From Saccharofermentans sp. (GTDB lineage: Bacteria > Bacillota > Clostridia > Saccharofermentanales > Saccharofermentanaceae): a stretch of 64,000 nt of DNA. The translations under genes and the position numbers were made by a program. The stretch covers positions 435-64,434 of the forward strand of contig JAEFBA010000004.1 in NCBI GenBank assembly GCA_016292145.1, read 5' to 3'. Below the pieces are notes generated by a model. The model had not been told where the DNA came from and ran no database searches. It saw only the letters and a list, made by a program, of their open reading frames with translations. Shown piece after piece: positions 30,711-40,565 of this stretch (within the stretch, counting starts at the first letter, position 1; every line of letters starts with the position of its first letter).

Positions 30711-32053
30711 TATTCGGTTAATTTCCCAACACTTTCCTCAAACGCTTTAAGGTGCTCTAAAGCCCTGTCAGCAAGTGCATTATTCTTATCTTTCTTGGCA
30801 GTCTTGCCCTTAAATCTGCCTTCAATAGGACTTACGATACCGAAGTTCGCATTCATCGGCTGGAACTTCTTGATATGAGGGTCAGAAACATAAAGAGCCA
30901 TAGAACCGATAACCGTGCATGCGTCGGGTTCGTATGCGGGCTCGATCCCAAGCGCTCTCTGTGCCGCATAGAAACCTGCCATGAAGCCGGAAGCCGTGGA
31001 TTCAATATAACCTTCAACACCTGTTATCTGTCCTGCGAAGAATATATCAGGCTTAGCCCTCAAGCTGTAATGTGATGAAAGATACAAAGGCGAATTAAGG
31101 AATGTATTTCGGTGCATAACGCCGTAACGAGTATATTCCGCATTCTCAAGGCCGGGTATCATTCCAAAGACGCGCTTTTGCTCAGGCCATTTAAGCCTTG
31201 TCTGGAAACCGACAAGGTTATACATGGTCTTAGCCCTGTCATCCTGTCTTAATTGGAGATTGGCATAAGGCTCTTTGCCGGTCGCAGGATCGATAAGTCC
31301 AACACCTTTCAAAGGTCCGAATCTCATCGTATCAACGCCTCTTTGAGCCATTACCTCAATAGGCATGCAGCCTTCGAAAACGATCTCCCTGTCAAAGTTC
31401 TTGACATCTGCCCTCTCGGCATTTACAAGCTCTTCCCTAAAAGCAAGATACTGCTCTTTGGTCATAGGACAGTTGATGTAATCGTCTCCGCCCTTGCCGT
31501 ATCTTGAAGCCCTGAAAGCTTTTGTCATGTCGATCGAATCACCGGTTACGATAGGAGCTGCACTGTCAAAGAAATGAAGTCCTGACGTATCTCCCGTTAC
31601 ACGCAGTATGTCTTCAAAGAGCTCACCTTCAGTAAGAGGTCCTGTAGCAACGATTACTATGCCCTCTTCAGGAATCTTCGTAACTTCACCCGGAATAACT
31701 TCTATAAGAGGATTATTCCTGATAGATTCGGTTATGTATCCTGAGAATTCATCTCTGTCAACGGCCAGAGCGCCGCCGGCTGGGATAGCGCTCTTATCTG
31801 CTGCTTCCATGATGAGCGAACCTAAATGCCTCAGTTCTTCCTTAAGAAGACCAATTGCATTCTCTCTTGCGGCAGCTCTTAAGGAGTTGCTGCATACCAG
31901 CTCTGCGAAATTCTCCGAATGATGAGCAGGGCTGTATTTAACAGGCTTCATCTCGTAAAGCTTTACATGAACGCCTGCACGCGCACAGATATTAGCAGCC
32001 TCAGAGCCCGCTAAACCTGCACCGATTATTGTTACAACCGCATCATTCTTCAT
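30710..32053 (-). CDS. trmFO: tRNA (uracil-54) methyltransferase TrmFO
   Basis: [57 protein letters not shown]. Confidence 0.97.
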   Translation of the reverse strand: MKNDAVVTIIGAGLAGSEAANICARAGVHVKLYEMKPVKYSPAHHSENFAELVCSNSLRAAARENAIGLLKEELRHLGSLIMEAADKSAIPAGGALAVDRDEFSGYITESIRNNPLIEVIPGEVTKIPEEGIVIVATGPLTEGELFEDILRVTGDTSGLHFFDSAAPIVTGDSIDMTKAFRASRYGKGGDDYINCPMTKEQYLAFREELVNAERADVKNFDREIVFEGCMPIEVMAQRGVDTMRFGPLKGVGLIDPATGKEPYANLQLRQDDRAKTMYNLVGFQTRLKWPEQKRVFGMIPGLENAEYTRYGVMHRNTFLNSPLYLSSHYSLRAKPDIFFAGQITGVEGYIESTASGFMAGFYAAQRALGIEPAYEPDACTVIGSMALYVSDPHIKKFQPMNANFGIVSPIEGRFKGKTAKKDKNNALADRALEHLKAFEESVGKLTE

Positions 32054-34202
32054 CTTCGTTCTTCTTATCTGAAGATTTTCTGCTCTTTCTGGCGTTAGTA
32101 GGACAATCCTTGTTAGAGCATCTGGGATAAGCCTTCTTGCCGAAATGCTTTAAGATCATGTAGCTTCCGCATTCAGGACAGAACTTGCCTTCGATAGGAA
32201 GATCCCATGAGATGAAATCACAATTCGGATCAGAGCCCTGCTTATCGCATGTATAGAATGACTTATTTCTGTATTTCTTAGATTTATGAACGAGAAGTCC
32301 GGAACCGCACTTGGGACATACACCCTTTGCGTAGACTACGATGTTCTTTGTGTAATTACACTCAGGGAAGTTGGAGCAGGCAATGAACTTACCGTATCTG
32401 CCTTCCTTATAAACGAGCTCGGCACCGCACTGAGGGCATACTTCACCGGTCTTCTCAGGCTCAAATGTGATCTTGTCGATAGATTCCTGAGCAGCCTTGA
32501 TCTGTGTATTGAACTCAGGATAGAAGCTGTTAAGCACTTCTTCCCATTCTTCCTTGCCTTCTTCAACCTCATCGAGCTTAGTCTCCATGTCGGCCGTAAA
32601 TGAGAGGTCTACGATCTCGCTGAAGTTCTCTGAGAGCATATTTGTAACGATCTTACCGAGATCAGTGATCTGGAGAAGTCTTCCGTTCTTCTCAATATAT
32701 TTACGGTCAAGGATCGTAGAGATCGTAGGAGCATATGTGGAAGGTCTTCCGATTCCGTATTCTTCCAATGCCTTGATGAGCGTAGCTTCCGTATAATGCG
32801 GCGGAGGTGTCGTGAACTTCTGCAAAGACTTAAGGTCTAAGAGTTCAAGCTTCATGCCGTCTTCAAGAGGCGGGATGATGGCCTTGCCGTCTGAATCGTC
32901 ACTCTTATTCTGATCTTCTGCGATGTCATCGTAAAGAACAAGGAAACCTTTGAATGTAACGGTCTCACCTGTTGCTCTGAATACTCTGTTATTGCAGGTT
33001 GCCTGACATGTAACAGTATCAAGCTTGCATGAAGCCATCTGTGTAGCAAGGAATCTGTCCCAGATAAGCTGATAAAGCTTATACTGATCGTTTGTAAGAG
33101 AGGATCTGATGTCTCTCGGATCAAGATCGAAATGAGTAGGTCTGATCGCTTCGTGAGCATCCTGGGCGGAATTCTTGTTCTTATACTGTCTCTTATAAGG
33201 AGCGCAGTATTCTTTGCCGAATCTCTGCTTGATAAGATCTGCAGCAGCTGCTACAGCCTCTTCGGAGATACGTACTGAGTCTGTTCTGATATAGGATACG
33301 AGAGCTGTCTGGCCCTGTCCTGCGATCTCAACACCTTCATAGAGCTGCTGAGCAATGGACATTGTCTTCTTGGAAGAGAATCCGAGTCTCTTTGAAGCTT
33401 CCTGCTGCAAGGTTGATGTGGTAAACGGAGGATAAGGATTCCTCTCCTTCTTGCCCTTCTTAACCGAATCTACGACCAGCGGACCGCTTCCTACAGCATC
33501 TGATACTTCCTGGGCATCCTCAAGGCACTTCAAGTCATCCTTCTTAACCTTATCACCGTCAGCAATACCATAGTAGCTTAATAAGAACTTATCTGAATTC
33601 TTTCCGGGTGTTACAAGAGCCTTGATGAGCCAGTATTCCTCAGGCTTAAATGCGTCGATCTCGGCATCACGGTCCATTACGATCTTGGTTGCAACAGACT
33701 GAACACGTCCTGCGGACAAGCCCTTTCTGATCTTCTTCCAGAGAAGCGGGCTCAATTCATATCCGACTAATCTGTCAAGGATCCTTCTTGCCTGCTGTGC
33801 ATTGGCAAGATTCATATTGATGGTCCTGGGATTCTTAATAGCCTCCTGGACCGCTGTCTTTGTGATCTCGTTAAATGTGATCCTGCACTTTGAATCAGGA
33901 TCGATCTTCAATACCTTTGCCAAGTGCCATGCAATTGCTTCACCCTCGCGGTCAGGGTCCGTTGCGAGGAGTATCTCGTCGCAATCAGCAGCCAAGAGCT
34001 TTAAGTCTCTTACGACCTTCTCCTTTCCCTTCATGGTTATGTATAAAGGTCTGAAGTTATTCTTAACATCAACACCGAGATTCCCTGAAGGAAGATCTCT
34101 TATATGACCTAATGATGCGGAAATGATATAATCGCTTCCAAGGTATCTGCCAATGGTCTTTGACTTGGCAGGAGACTCAACAATGACTAATTTCTTGCTC
34201 AT
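32043..34202 (-). CDS. topA: DNA topoisomerase I
   Basis: [32 protein letters not shown] (catalytic Tyr), GIGRPSTY, C-terminal C4 zinc ribbons. Confidence 0.98.
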   Translation of the reverse strand: MSKKLVIVESPAKSKTIGRYLGSDYIISASLGHIRDLPSGNLGVDVKNNFRPLYITMKGKEKVVRDLKLLAADCDEILLATDPDREGEAIAWHLAKVLKIDPDSKCRITFNEITKTAVQEAIKNPRTINMNLANAQQARRILDRLVGYELSPLLWKKIRKGLSAGRVQSVATKIVMDRDAEIDAFKPEEYWLIKALVTPGKNSDKFLLSYYGIADGDKVKKDDLKCLEDAQEVSDAVGSGPLVVDSVKKGKKERNPYPPFTTSTLQQEASKRLGFSSKKTMSIAQQLYEGVEIAGQGQTALVSYIRTDSVRISEEAVAAAADLIKQRFGKEYCAPYKRQYKNKNSAQDAHEAIRPTHFDLDPRDIRSSLTNDQYKLYQLIWDRFLATQMASCKLDTVTCQATCNNRVFRATGETVTFKGFLVLYDDIAEDQNKSDDSDGKAIIPPLEDGMKLELLDLKSLQKFTTPPPHYTEATLIKALEEYGIGRPSTYAPTISTILDRKYIEKNGRLLQITDLGKIVTNMLSENFSEIVDLSFTADMETKLDEVEEGKEEWEEVLNSFYPEFNTQIKAAQESIDKITFEPEKTGEVCPQCGAELVYKEGRYGKFIACSNFPECNYTKNIVVYAKGVCPKCGSGLLVHKSKKYRNKSFYTCDKQGSDPNCDFISWDLPIEGKFCPECGSYMILKHFGKKAYPRCSNKDCPTNARKSRKSSDKKNEDEE

Positions 34203-34241
34203 AAGTACCCCTCTATATTTTTAATTAAAAATATATCATCA

Positions 34242-35483
34242 TTATACAAATGTCAACGAATACTTCCCCTTCTCCTGGCAAACTGTCCCATTAAGCTCAA
34301 GCTCGGTTAAAAGTATCGAAATCTTGTAAAACGGAAGCATTGTAACACTACATAGCTCATCCGCACATAGGGGCTTTAAAGTAAGTGCATCAGTAATTAT
34401 TGTCTTCCAATTGTCGTCTGTAAGAGTTTCCGGATCAGATCTCGATAATTCTCTTAGAGCTCCGATATCGATATTATCCGTAAATTCATCTTTATCATCT
34501 GAATAACTAAGCTCGGCAGGACACCCCATTCCCATCCTTTTAAACATCAGAGCTCTTGTTATGCTGTCAATTACGCATTCAGGGCCAAGGAGAACGTTCC
34601 CGCCGTCTTCAAGGAGTTTTAATCCGCCCTTGGCATTCTCATAGTAGATATTATTCGGAAGCACAAAGACCTCTTTGCCCTGATTGGCAGCAAATGAGGC
34701 CGTATGAAGCGTTCCTGAGCAGATACCGGCTTCCATTATCAGCGTAGTATCCGATAATCCTGCTATCAGCCTGTTGCGAGATGGAAAATACTGCCTGAGC
34801 GGCATTTGTCCGGGCGGCATCTCAGAGATAAGAAGTCCGTTTATTCCTATAAGATCATAAATATCTTTATTTGCCGGAGGATATATGTTATCTACTCCGC
34901 CGGCAAGGACAGCAACCGTACCGCCTTGCGTATTAACAGATGAGATATGTGCCTGTCTGTCTATGCCGCACGCCATACCGGAAACTATCGTGATCCCTTT
35001 ATTTCCTAACTCACTGCATATCTGTTCAGTCGCATAAAGAGAATATTTACTGGGATTCCTGGAGCCTACAACGGCAACTGCGCCCTGATAAGTCATCTGT
35101 CCTATCAGGTTTATGTTGCCGCGCGAATAAAACACCTGTGGCATTCCGCTTAGGACTTTCCAGTTATAGGGATAATTCTCATCAAGTGATGAATGCACGC
35201 TTATATTGTTCTCCAAAGCGGTCTTACGGTATTTGCCGACGATCTTTTCGATATCACTGTATGAATCAAGGAGCTTCTTTATCCTATGAACTGTATCATT
35301 CCTTAATTTGATCTCCCCTTTGGCGATCCTGGTCAATATCTCCCTGTCAGAAATATCCCTGTATGTCTTGATCGCTTTATTATCTATAAGGTCTCGGAAA
35401 GTCTTATAATTGATATCCGTATTGAGCATTACTGCTGAATAGAAAAGATCCTGATGATTGATCTGATCATTTATAAATGCCAT
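34242..35483 (-). CDS. dprA: DNA-processing protein DprA
   Basis: AVVGSR, IVSGMACGID, YPPAN, LISEMP, FPSRNRLIAGLS, C-terminal LTELEL winged helix; start set at ATG 35483. Confidence 0.92.
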   Translation of the reverse strand: MAFINDQINHQDLFYSAVMLNTDINYKTFRDLIDNKAIKTYRDISDREILTRIAKGEIKLRNDTVHRIKKLLDSYSDIEKIVGKYRKTALENNISVHSSLDENYPYNWKVLSGMPQVFYSRGNINLIGQMTYQGAVAVVGSRNPSKYSLYATEQICSELGNKGITIVSGMACGIDRQAHISSVNTQGGTVAVLAGGVDNIYPPANKDIYDLIGINGLLISEMPPGQMPLRQYFPSRNRLIAGLSDTTLIMEAGICSGTLHTASFAANQGKEVFVLPNNIYYENAKGGLKLLEDGGNVLLGPECVIDSITRALMFKRMGMGCPAELSYSDDKDEFTDNIDIGALRELSRSDPETLTDDNWKTIITDALTLKPLCADELCSVTMLPFYKISILLTELELNGTVCQEKGKYSLTFV

Positions 35484-35484
35484 A

Positions 35485-37005
35485 TCAGAAACCCCGCTTT
35501 CTGTATTGAACCGCCTCTGCGATATCTTCTTCCGAAATATCTTCAGCGCCTTTAATATCGGCAATAGTCCTTGCTACTCTTAATATCCTGGTAAACCCGC
35601 GTGCAGAGAAAAATCCTTTGTCACAGGTGTCCCCTGCATACTTAATTACCTTCTCAGGAACCCTTAATATGTCTTTGATGTCTGTATCACGGAAAGTTCC
35701 GTTAAGGAAATCTGATCCATAACGCTTATGCGCGATATCCCAGCATCTTTTGACAGTCTCTCTGTAATAAGGACTCTCGCCTTCCTTGTCATCTGCGCAG
35801 ATAAAGGCCATATCTTTACCTGAGACAGATCTCATCTCACTGAAAAGATCAATCCTCTCCAAAAAAGGTCCGGTGATCTTGGACATATAGCGGCTGATAC
35901 TATTAGCTGAACACCTGCATCTGTCGCCGCTCTCATAAAGGAGTCCGCATTTACAAGGGTTGCCCGTTCCCAGGAATATGAAGTTGGCATCGAAAGAATA
36001 AAGCTGACCGCGCCTCATCAATTGAACCTTGCGTTCTTCTAAAGGCTTTCTTAAGAAATCCAATACTTCAGAGCTGTATAACGGCAATTCATCAGCAAAT
36101 AATATGCCGTGATTTGCAAGAGCAAGCTCGCCCGGAGTAAGACTTGATGAATTGCCAAGCAACTTTCCGACAGTGATATTAGGGCCGATGAGTCTGACTG
36201 GTCTTTCGCAGCTATGGCCGGCTTTCTCTCCCTCCAGGAGTTCAGTTATCGAATAGACATCAGACAGCTCTTCGGGAGTAAGTTCAGGCATGATCCCTGC
36301 AAGCATCTTACCGGCCAGGGTCTTGCCGCAGCCCGGACTTCCCATGAGCAAAAGGTTATGAAATCCTGCAGCGCTTATAAGCAAAGCCCTTTTTGCCTTC
36401 TCCTGGCCTTTGAGATTTGAGATATCGATATAATCTTTGTCAGCATCCTGCCTGCAGAATTCGAAAACATTATCCTTATATAATCCGCCCTCAAACAATC
36501 CTTCAAGATCAGAAAGGCTGCTGACTGTCTGGCCGGTAAAGCAGGCTATGCCTGCACTTGATGCTTCTCCTGCAGGAATGATCTTATAATCGAAATCCAT
36601 ATTCCTTACAGTCTTAAGCCTTAAACAGGATCCGGGCGTTCCTATCACATCGCCGCCAAGCGAGAGCTCGCCCTCAGCATAGATCTTACTGTTCGGAGGA
36701 AGATATAACTGGCCTGAGCAAAACAGTATTCCCATAGCCATCGACAGATCGAAACCGGAGCCTGCTTTCCTCATATACGCAGGACTTATACCAATGGTAA
36801 TGTGGCCTTTAGGCATATTAAAACCGGCTGATTTAAATGCAGACCTTATCCTTCCTTCTGATTCCCTGATAGACGAATCACAAAGACCGATGACAGAGAA
36901 AGTCGGAATGCCAGGTGATATGGATACTTCAATCAGAGACAAAGTTGAATCTGAGCCTGTAGTAAAGCATGAATAGATATGTACGACATTGGGTCTAGTA
37001 GGCAT
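35485..37005 (-). CDS. comM: ComM/YifB Mg-chelatase-like AAA+ ATPase
   Basis: GL.DSSIRES, GELSLGG, KGQ..AKRAL, GSPGCGKT, NPCKCG, ERIDL, RILRVARTIAD; upstream of dprA. Confidence 0.88.
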   Translation of the reverse strand: MPTRPNVVHIYSCFTTGSDSTLSLIEVSISPGIPTFSVIGLCDSSIRESEGRIRSAFKSAGFNMPKGHITIGISPAYMRKAGSGFDLSMAMGILFCSGQLYLPPNSKIYAEGELSLGGDVIGTPGSCLRLKTVRNMDFDYKIIPAGEASSAGIACFTGQTVSSLSDLEGLFEGGLYKDNVFEFCRQDADKDYIDISNLKGQEKAKRALLISAAGFHNLLLMGSPGCGKTLAGKMLAGIMPELTPEELSDVYSITELLEGEKAGHSCERPVRLIGPNITVGKLLGNSSSLTPGELALANHGILFADELPLYSSEVLDFLRKPLEERKVQLMRRGQLYSFDANFIFLGTGNPCKCGLLYESGDRCRCSANSISRYMSKITGPFLERIDLFSEMRSVSGKDMAFICADDKEGESPYYRETVKRCWDIAHKRYGSDFLNGTFRDTDIKDILRVPEKVIKYAGDTCDKGFFSARGFTRILRVARTIADIKGAEDISEEDIAEAVQYRKRGF

Positions 37006-37056
37006 AAGGGTACTCTCCTTTGTTTGCAGAATACCCTTTTCGAGAACGGATTATCA

Positions 37057-37192
37057 GTACAAAAACATCGCAAAAACAAGGCTTAAAACCTGCAAGTTTT
37101 GCGACAAAAGCCTGCAAAAGTGAACCTTTTCTTACAAAAACCTACAAAAGAGCCGACAACTGCAATACAAATACCGACAAACAACCTACAAA
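37057..37192. repeat. Helically phased CCKACAAA-like direct repeats
   Basis: (A/G)CAA cores at 37059, 37070, 37092, 37104, 37114, 37134, 37144, 37156, 37167, 37177, 37188. Confidence 0.6.
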
Positions 37193-37209
37193 GTATTATG
37201 ATGTGAATG

Positions 37210-37218
37210 TGCTACAAT
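37210..37218 (+). promoter_or_regulatory. Extended -10 promoter element for ychF
   Basis: TGcTACAAT about 37 nt upstream of the ychF ATG; no consensus -35. Confidence 0.55.
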
Positions 37219-37254
37219 TATGAGGCAAAAAAATAGATTTAATGAGGTATATAT

Positions 37255-38346
37255 ATGAAGCTTGGTATCGTAGGACTTCCTAATGTCGGTAAGAGCACGC
37301 TTTTTAACGCGATCACAAGAGCCGGTGCAGAATCCGCAAACTATCCTTTCTGCACGATCGAACCTAACGTCGGTGTTGTCTCTGTACCTGATAAGAGATT
37401 AGATAAACTCGCTGAGATCTACAATCCTGAGAAGTACACCCCCGCAGTTGTCGAATTCGTCGACATCGCAGGCCTTGTTGCAGGCGCTTCCAAGGGCGAA
37501 GGTCTGGGCAACAAGTTCTTATCCAATATCAGAGAGTGCGATGCCATCGTTCATGTAGTAAGATGCTTCGACGATCCTGACGTTATCCACGTTAACGGCC
37601 ACGCTGATCCTGCAGGCGATATCGCTACGATCGATGTTGAGCTCATACTTTCTGACCTTGAGATCATGGAGAAGCGCATCGACCGCACCAAGAAGATGAT
37701 GAAAGGCGGCGATAAGGCTTTCGCAAAGGAACTCGCTGTTTACGAGAGGATCTACGACTGCCTTGCAGAAGGCAAATCTGCAAGAACCCTTACTTTCGAA
37801 GAAGACGAACAGGAATACACAAAGGATCTTCAGCTGATCTCAATGAAGCCTGTTCTCTACTGCGCAAACATCTCTGAAGACGATATCAAGAAAGATGACA
37901 TCCCTTACGTTAATGTTGTTAAGGAGATCGCTGCAAAAGAAGGTTCCGGCGTTGTCGTAATCTCTGCAAAGATCGAAGAAGAATTAGGCGAGCTCTCTCC
38001 TGAGGACCGCGAGATGTTCTTAGAAGACCTCGGTATCGAGAGCGCAGGCCTTGATAAGATGATCAACGCATCCTATTCCCTCTTAGGCCTTATCTCTTTC
38101 CTTACAGCAGGCCCCAAGGAAGTACGTGCATGGACGATCAAGCAAGGAACAAAGGCACCTCAGGCTGCCGGCAAGATCCACTCTGACTTCGAAAGAGGCT
38201 TCATCAGAGCAGAAGTCGTTGCTTACGATGACCTCATCGCTAACGGAACATATAATGCCGCAAAGGAAAAGGGTCTTGTAAGATCCGAAGGCAAGGAATA
38301 CGTAATGAAGGACGGCGACGTAGTAGTATTCAGATTCAACGTCTGA
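37255..38346 (+). CDS. ychF: Ribosome-binding ATPase YchF
   Basis: [53 protein letters not shown] end. Confidence 0.98.
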   Translation: MKLGIVGLPNVGKSTLFNAITRAGAESANYPFCTIEPNVGVVSVPDKRLDKLAEIYNPEKYTPAVVEFVDIAGLVAGASKGEGLGNKFLSNIRECDAIVHVVRCFDDPDVIHVNGHADPAGDIATIDVELILSDLEIMEKRIDRTKKMMKGGDKAFAKELAVYERIYDCLAEGKSARTLTFEEDEQEYTKDLQLISMKPVLYCANISEDDIKKDDIPYVNVVKEIAAKEGSGVVVISAKIEEELGELSPEDREMFLEDLGIESAGLDKMINASYSLLGLISFLTAGPKEVRAWTIKQGTKAPQAAGKIHSDFERGFIRAEVVAYDDLIANGTYNAAKEKGLVRSEGKEYVMKDGDVVVFRFNV

Positions 38347-38376
38347 TATCTCCGCCACAAATGGATTGGAATAATT

Positions 38377-38415
38377 AAACCCGCGTAAGATTTAATCTTT
38401 GCGGGTTTTTGTTTT
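38377..38415 (+). terminator. Rho-independent terminator of ychF
   Basis: AAACCCGCG-TAAGAT-TTA-ATCTT-TGCGGGTTT followed by a T-run; overlaps the 3' end of the convergent gene. Confidence 0.75.
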
Positions 38416-38970
38416 GATGTCTTTCCTTTTCGCGGCATCGAAAATACAAGTCTCCAGGCCGCTTACGATAAATGCACATCCGGAGAAGACAATAATGTTC
38501 CTCGTTCCGTATAAAGCATTAGCCAGAAGGATGATACCGCCGGCGATCAATGCCAAAGCCATTATCAGCAATACCCAGCTGTAGATATCCTTCTTCGTGA
38601 ACAAAAAGATCTCCTGCCTGAGCTTAACAACACCGTCTATCAGGAAGAAGATTCCGACTATAGTTGAAAGAAGCTGAAGGACGATCTCGTGCCTTATAAT
38701 AAAGAAAAGTCCCAGCGCTATGAGGATAACAGAATATACGAGCACGATCTCAGCTCCGGCAGCTTTGCCGTAGTTCTCTTCCCTGAACTGTTTGATCGAG
38801 ATGATATAACCTATAACTTCGGATAATCCTGCAACAAAAAGGACCACGCCAAAAAGAATACCGATTACGCCAGAGGAGATCTCTGGCATGGTAATAAAGA
38901 AGAATCCGGCGATTATGGCAAATATTCCGCCGATATAAGATGGCAGTCTCTTTGTATTGTTGGCAGTCAT
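38392..38970 (-). CDS. HdeD/DUF308-like membrane protein
   Basis: Six TM helices in repeated G....I.G pattern. Confidence 0.7.
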   Translation of the reverse strand: MTANNTKRLPSYIGGIFAIIAGFFFITMPEISSGVIGILFGVVLFVAGLSEVIGYIISIKQFREENYGKAAGAEIVLVYSVILIALGLFFIIRHEIVLQLLSTIVGIFFLIDGVVKLRQEIFLFTKKDIYSWVLLIMALALIAGGIILLANALYGTRNIIVFSGCAFIVSGLETCIFDAAKRKDIKTKTRKD

Positions 38971-39653
38971 AGAACCGAACCTATAAAATCGCTTTCGGGC
39001 TTAAATATAGTAAATACCAGATCCTTGCCGCGTGCAACAAATTCCCTGACATAATTATACGGCTTTATCACATAACCTGAATTGATCGCTTCAACTCCGA
39101 CAGCTTCGATGCCGAATGAGCGGGCATCGTAAACTGACCTGGGAACATGGAATCCGGTAGTCACGACAACAGCCGAATCGATGTGATAAACATTTAATGC
39201 CCTGTTCATTGATTCATATGTGGAAAGTCCAAGTGTATCACAGAAGATTTTATCCTCCGGCACACCTTCATTTACGAGAAATCCGGCCATGACTCCAGTC
39301 TCATCGTACCTTTCAGGCTCGGCGCTGTCTCCCGTGACAAGGACATAATCACAGCAACCCGTTTTATAAACACTTGCGGCAGTACGCAGTCTGTCTGCGA
39401 GCATCGGGCTAGGTGCATCACCCCAAATGGCACAGCCTAATACAATAACGGCCTGATAATGCGATGCTGAAGATGCTTCACCTGATTCAAAGGCTTCCAG
39501 AGTATAGATGTCAGGCTTGGTATCAGTCAGCATGAAGATATTGATACCGCCTAAGACAGCAACACCTGCAAGTCCCAGTATAACGAGAATAAGGAAGATC
39601 TTAAATATTACCTTCCTTATGCCTTTTTTCTCACTCTTTATCTTCTTTCCCAT
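38967..39653 (-). CDS. SanA/YdcF (DUF218) family protein
   Basis: IVLGC, PSPMLADRL, GLSTYES, VVTTGFHVPR, REFVAR; start set at ATG 39653. Confidence 0.88.
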   Translation of the reverse strand: MGKKIKSEKKGIRKVIFKIFLILVILGLAGVAVLGGINIFMLTDTKPDIYTLEAFESGEASSASHYQAVIVLGCAIWGDAPSPMLADRLRTAASVYKTGCCDYVLVTGDSAEPERYDETGVMAGFLVNEGVPEDKIFCDTLGLSTYESMNRALNVYHIDSAVVVTTGFHVPRSVYDARSFGIEAVGVEAINSGYVIKPYNYVREFVARGKDLVFTIFKPESDFIGSVL

Positions 39654-39963
39654 CTTTATTCTCAGCCTTTGAAGCTGTTTCAACAATAGATCTTGTCATG
39701 AAATAGATAAGACCTACGGTCAAACAGAAGACGACCGTTACGGTAATATCCGATATGAGGACATACGCTACCGGAAGGCCTTTCATAATAAGCGTGAAGA
39801 CAAGCACGAGCGCAACGCCGCTAATATATACTCCGCAGCACGCCCTGTAAAAGTTCCTGTATTTTCCCCTGCAGAAAGGCAGATTGCCTACAAACAAAAA
39901 GATGAGTGCAGCAACAGACACGAGCAGAAATATACAAGCCGTAATTACTGCTGACATGTTCAT
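39631..39963 (-). CDS. Small hypothetical membrane protein (3 TM)
   Basis: 110 aa hydrophobic ORF filling the gap, ATGA-coupled to coaE. Confidence 0.65.
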   Translation of the reverse strand: MNMSAVITACIFLLVSVAALIFLFVGNLPFCRGKYRNFYRACCGVYISGVALVLVFTLIMKGLPVAYVLISDITVTVVFCLTVGLIYFMTRSIVETASKAENKDGKEDKE

Positions 39964-40565
39964 ATCCTGATACCTCTCTCGTAGAGCTGCTCACGGATCA
40001 GGACTTCGACCTTATCCTTAAGATCTTCAAGATCCCAGGAATTATCGATCGAATGGTCGCCAAGCTCACAGTACTCGTCATCAGTCATCTGAACAGCGAT
40101 CCTTCTCTCTGCTTCTTCCTTATCCATTCCGCGCTTTGCAAGTCTTGCAAGCCTTACATCCTTATCACATGTAACGACCCAGATCTGGTTGCAGAGTTCA
40201 CGGAACTTGTTTACCGGGATCGGAACATCAAGTACTACGCACTTGGTGCCCTTCTCTTTTTCTTTTCCCAATGTCTCTTCGATCTGCTCGAAAACATGAC
40301 GGTGAATGATCGTGCTGAGATCATCTAACTTCTTCTTGTCTCCGAATGCGATATCAGACATAACGCGGCGGTTCAATGCGCCGTTTGCCGATACTACTTT
40401 CTTACCGAAAGTCTCTGCAATCTCAGGCATGGCACGGCCCATGGGACCAGTTACGCTTCTGGAGATCTCATCAGCATCAAGAACCAAAAGCCCTCTTTCT
40501 GCAAGTAATGAGCTTACAGTACTCTTTCCGCTGCCTATACCGCCTGTAATACCTAATACAAACAT
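39960..40565 (-). CDS. coaE: Dephospho-CoA kinase
   Basis: GITGGIGSGKSTV, DADEI, LNRR, LDVP; follows polA. Confidence 0.95.
   Translation of the reverse strand: MFVLGITGGIGSGKSTVSSLLAERGLLVLDADEISRSVTGPMGRAMPEIAETFGKKVVSANGALNRRVMSDIAFGDKKKLDDLSTIIHRHVFEQIEETLGKEKEKGTKCVVLDVPIPVNKFRELCNQIWVVTCDKDVRLARLAKRGMDKEEAERRIAVQMTDDEYCELGDHSIDNSWDLEDLKDKVEVLIREQLYERGIRI

Noticed and set aside
37020-37223. 67-aa ORF in the comM-ychF gap
   Set aside because: Runs through the phased repeats and the ychF -10; the K/T/N-rich composition reflects the ACAAA repeats; no RBS.
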